NCBI RefSeq assembly: GCF_001194135.2
Contig: NC_069003.1
Span: 27,799,022-27,863,021, forward strand
Length of the DNA: 64,000 nt
Source of the DNA: Octopus bimaculoides
Taxonomy: Eukaryota
Direction of reading: 5' to 3'
Shown here in pieces: positions 61,561-64,000 of this stretch. A program made the position numbers and the translations under genes. Position 1 is the stretch's first letter. Every line of letters begins with the position of its first letter. The notes under the pieces were generated by a model. That model was not told the DNA's origin, did not search any database, and saw only the letters and a program-made list of their open reading frames with translations.

Positions 61561-63714
61561 GTTCTATTGCTTGATAAAACATTTGGAATGTCATTTTTGG
61601 AACCTCTTTGATCACAAGTGTACTGGATCAGGACTGTTCTGCGGGTTAAAAAGAAAATTTGGCAGAGGTTAATATTTTACGTCTAGAATTGAGAAATCTT
61701 TCACTGAGCTTATGCCAATAACATTTTTGGGGATGGCATAAATGTCATGACATCTTACTTCAACTTCCTTGAAACCTGGCATAATAATAATAACAATAAC
61801 AATAATAATAATAATAATAATAATAAATAATGTCACAAAAACCAATATTAGTAAAACCTTTTGAACATATGATGGCCAGAGAAATAGTTTTTGGTTCTTT
61901 CCCGATTGTTGTGTGCTAATCAATTGTATTGAAAGCTTTCTTCACCTGTTGCTTCAATCCTGGAAATATTGATTATTGGATTCTCAGACCAGCTTTCCTC
62001 AGTACTGCTTTACCTCCTCTTCCTTCATTTCCTCCTTCCACATTGCTGTTGTGTTGTTGTTTGTAACCTTTAATACTCTCCACTTATTTTTTTAAATTTT
62101 TTTTTTTGCTTCTCAGATATTTCTTTAGTATTCTATGCATTTTTACTCTTATATTCTTCTGTCATTTAAAAACTTTCAAACTTCCTATTTGCCATTCAGT
62201 CTTGTTGTTGCTCTTTAACCATAGGTCAACCCCTGACCAAACAGGTCTNNNNNNNNNNNNNNNNNNNNNNNNNNNNNNNNNNNNNNNNNNNNNNNNNNNN
62301 NNNNNNNNNNNNNNNNNNNNNNNNNNNNNNNNNNNNNNNNNNNNNNNNNNNNNNNNNNNNNNNNNNNNNNNNNNNNNNNNNNNNNNNNNNNNNNNNNNNN
62401 NNNNNNNNNNNNNNNNNNNNNNNNNNNNNNNNNNNNNNNNNNNNNNNNNNNNNNNNNNNNNNNNNNNNNNNNNNNNNNNNNNNNNNNNNNNNNNNNNNNN
62501 NNNNNNNNNNNNNNNNNNNNNNNNNNNNNNGTGTGTGTGTGTGTGTGTGTGTGTGTACAGTTTGTGTAGCTCAGAGCAGATTATTCAGTAATATGGGGAT
62601 GACACTCACAGAGGGGATGACATGTGACTGTGACTTCTGGCAGTTTGCTGTGCTTGAAAGGACATGCCAAGCTGAGTAAAGGTGTGGTTGCTCTTACATA
62701 CATGCTTGTCCCTTGCACCCCTCCTCAGCTGAGCATCTCTAATCTTGCAGGCTCATAAATGCTGATGCCACATAAAAACATAAAAAGCACCCATACTGGA
62801 GCAGCATAAAGGCATCCAGTACACTCTGTAAAGTGGTTGGCATTAGGAAGGTTATCCAGCCATAGAAACCGTGCTAAAACAGACATGGGAAACTGAATAG
62901 CCCTTCAGCTGGTCACTTTCTGTCAAAACATCCAACCCATGTCGGCATGGAAAATGGACATTAAATGATGATGATGAACCTTTTTCTAAGACTGCAGGGT
63001 GTGATCTGAAAGATATTTGTCTACTGTTTAGAGCAGGTCAAATGATCATGTAAAAGCCTTCTTGGTTCGATTTGACATTCAATGCACTGTTCTTAAATGG
63101 GATTCTGACAGTTTGTCAGAAGTTAACAATAGCAAATTGCAAATATTACAGACTGAAGTGAAGGAAAGAAAATATTACCATCCCAAGACATTTTCTTTAG
63201 TGATATCTGTTCATCAGGTGTAGGTATGGCTGTATGGTTAAGCAGTACACTTTGTAACCATGTAGCCTTGAGTTCTGCATATTATTGCCACTCAGAGCTA
63301 TTTCTTAAAATCTCTCATACATTTTCAACCCCCCACACTTGTTTTACACTAATCCTTTAAACTGATCCTCCCAGCATAAATTGCCAACAGTCTGGGTCCC
63401 CTTCCCACCTATGTTTCTTTCCTGCCGTTGTCGACCTGCAGTTGTTCAAGTTAGTAATTTGATTTTTCATTAGCGTCTAATACAATTAGCAAAGTGTCTC
63501 CATCTTTGTGTTTGTCTGACTCTCTGACCAATACTTCAAAGACAATAAGCTGCTTTGGTATTTTTACTGTCTGAATTTCATGGGAATACAGAAAAGCTGC
63601 TTAATTAGCTGAGCTTATGACACTTTCGTTATATCTGTATTTTATGGAAATACTAACAGATTTTTTTTAGTTAGATGGATACCATGTTAAAATATACACA
63701 CAATTTGACTGTCC

Positions 63715-63985
63715 ATATATTGTGTGTATGTATGTATACATGTGCGTATGTATGCATATACACATATGTGTATGTATGTATGTATGTATGTGTGCATGTA
63801 TACATGTGCGTATGTGTGTGTATGTGTGTATATGCATATGTGTGAATGTGCGTATATACGCATGTGTATGTATGCACATGTGTATGCATGCATGTGTATG
63901 TATGCATATGCATAAGTGTATGCATGTGTCCATGTATGTGCACGTATAATATATGTGTATGCATATGTGCATGTATATGTTCATA
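63715..63985. repeat. Compound (TG)/(TATG) microsatellite
   Basis: Direct inspection. Confidence 0.95.
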
Positions 63986-64000
63986 AAAGAGACTGACAGA

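Noticed and set aside
61757-61773. 17-nt minus-strand AG...GTAAGA micro-exon-like segment (coordinates approximate)
   Set aside because: Acceptor is an (ATT)n repeat. It shows such patterns arise by chance and is the reason micro-exon confidences are kept modest

Overview
AT-rich eukaryotic draft-assembly sequence with nine large or small N-gaps, abundant (TA)n/(CA)n/(CAT)n microsatellites, and a SINE/RTE-LINE repeat complement that I recognise as typical of a coleoid cephalopod (octopus-like). The species is my inference. Most of the window is intronic or intergenic and full of mobile-element debris: three tRNA-headed SINE families (labelled A, B, C here), several RTE LINE remnants, a CR1/L2-type RT remnant, a maT-like and a mariner transposase fossil, hAT and Tc1/mariner MITEs, and a foldback MITE family. 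No long ORF is a credible gene, and nearly all ORFs in the track are microsatellite or gap read-throughs. By eye, a CpG-retaining domain (~25.0-41.0 kb) with promoter-like motifs separates two CpG-depleted flanks that look like methylated gene bodies. Short exon candidates can be read from splice signals. On the + strand, a signal-peptide-like exon at 38485 joins in frame to 17-, 23-, 23- and 12-nt micro-exon candidates, and its donor sits inside an exon-intron hairpin. In the left 25 kb there are exon candidates on both strands. I could not identify any of these genes by homology; all gene models are hypotheses needing RNA-seq.
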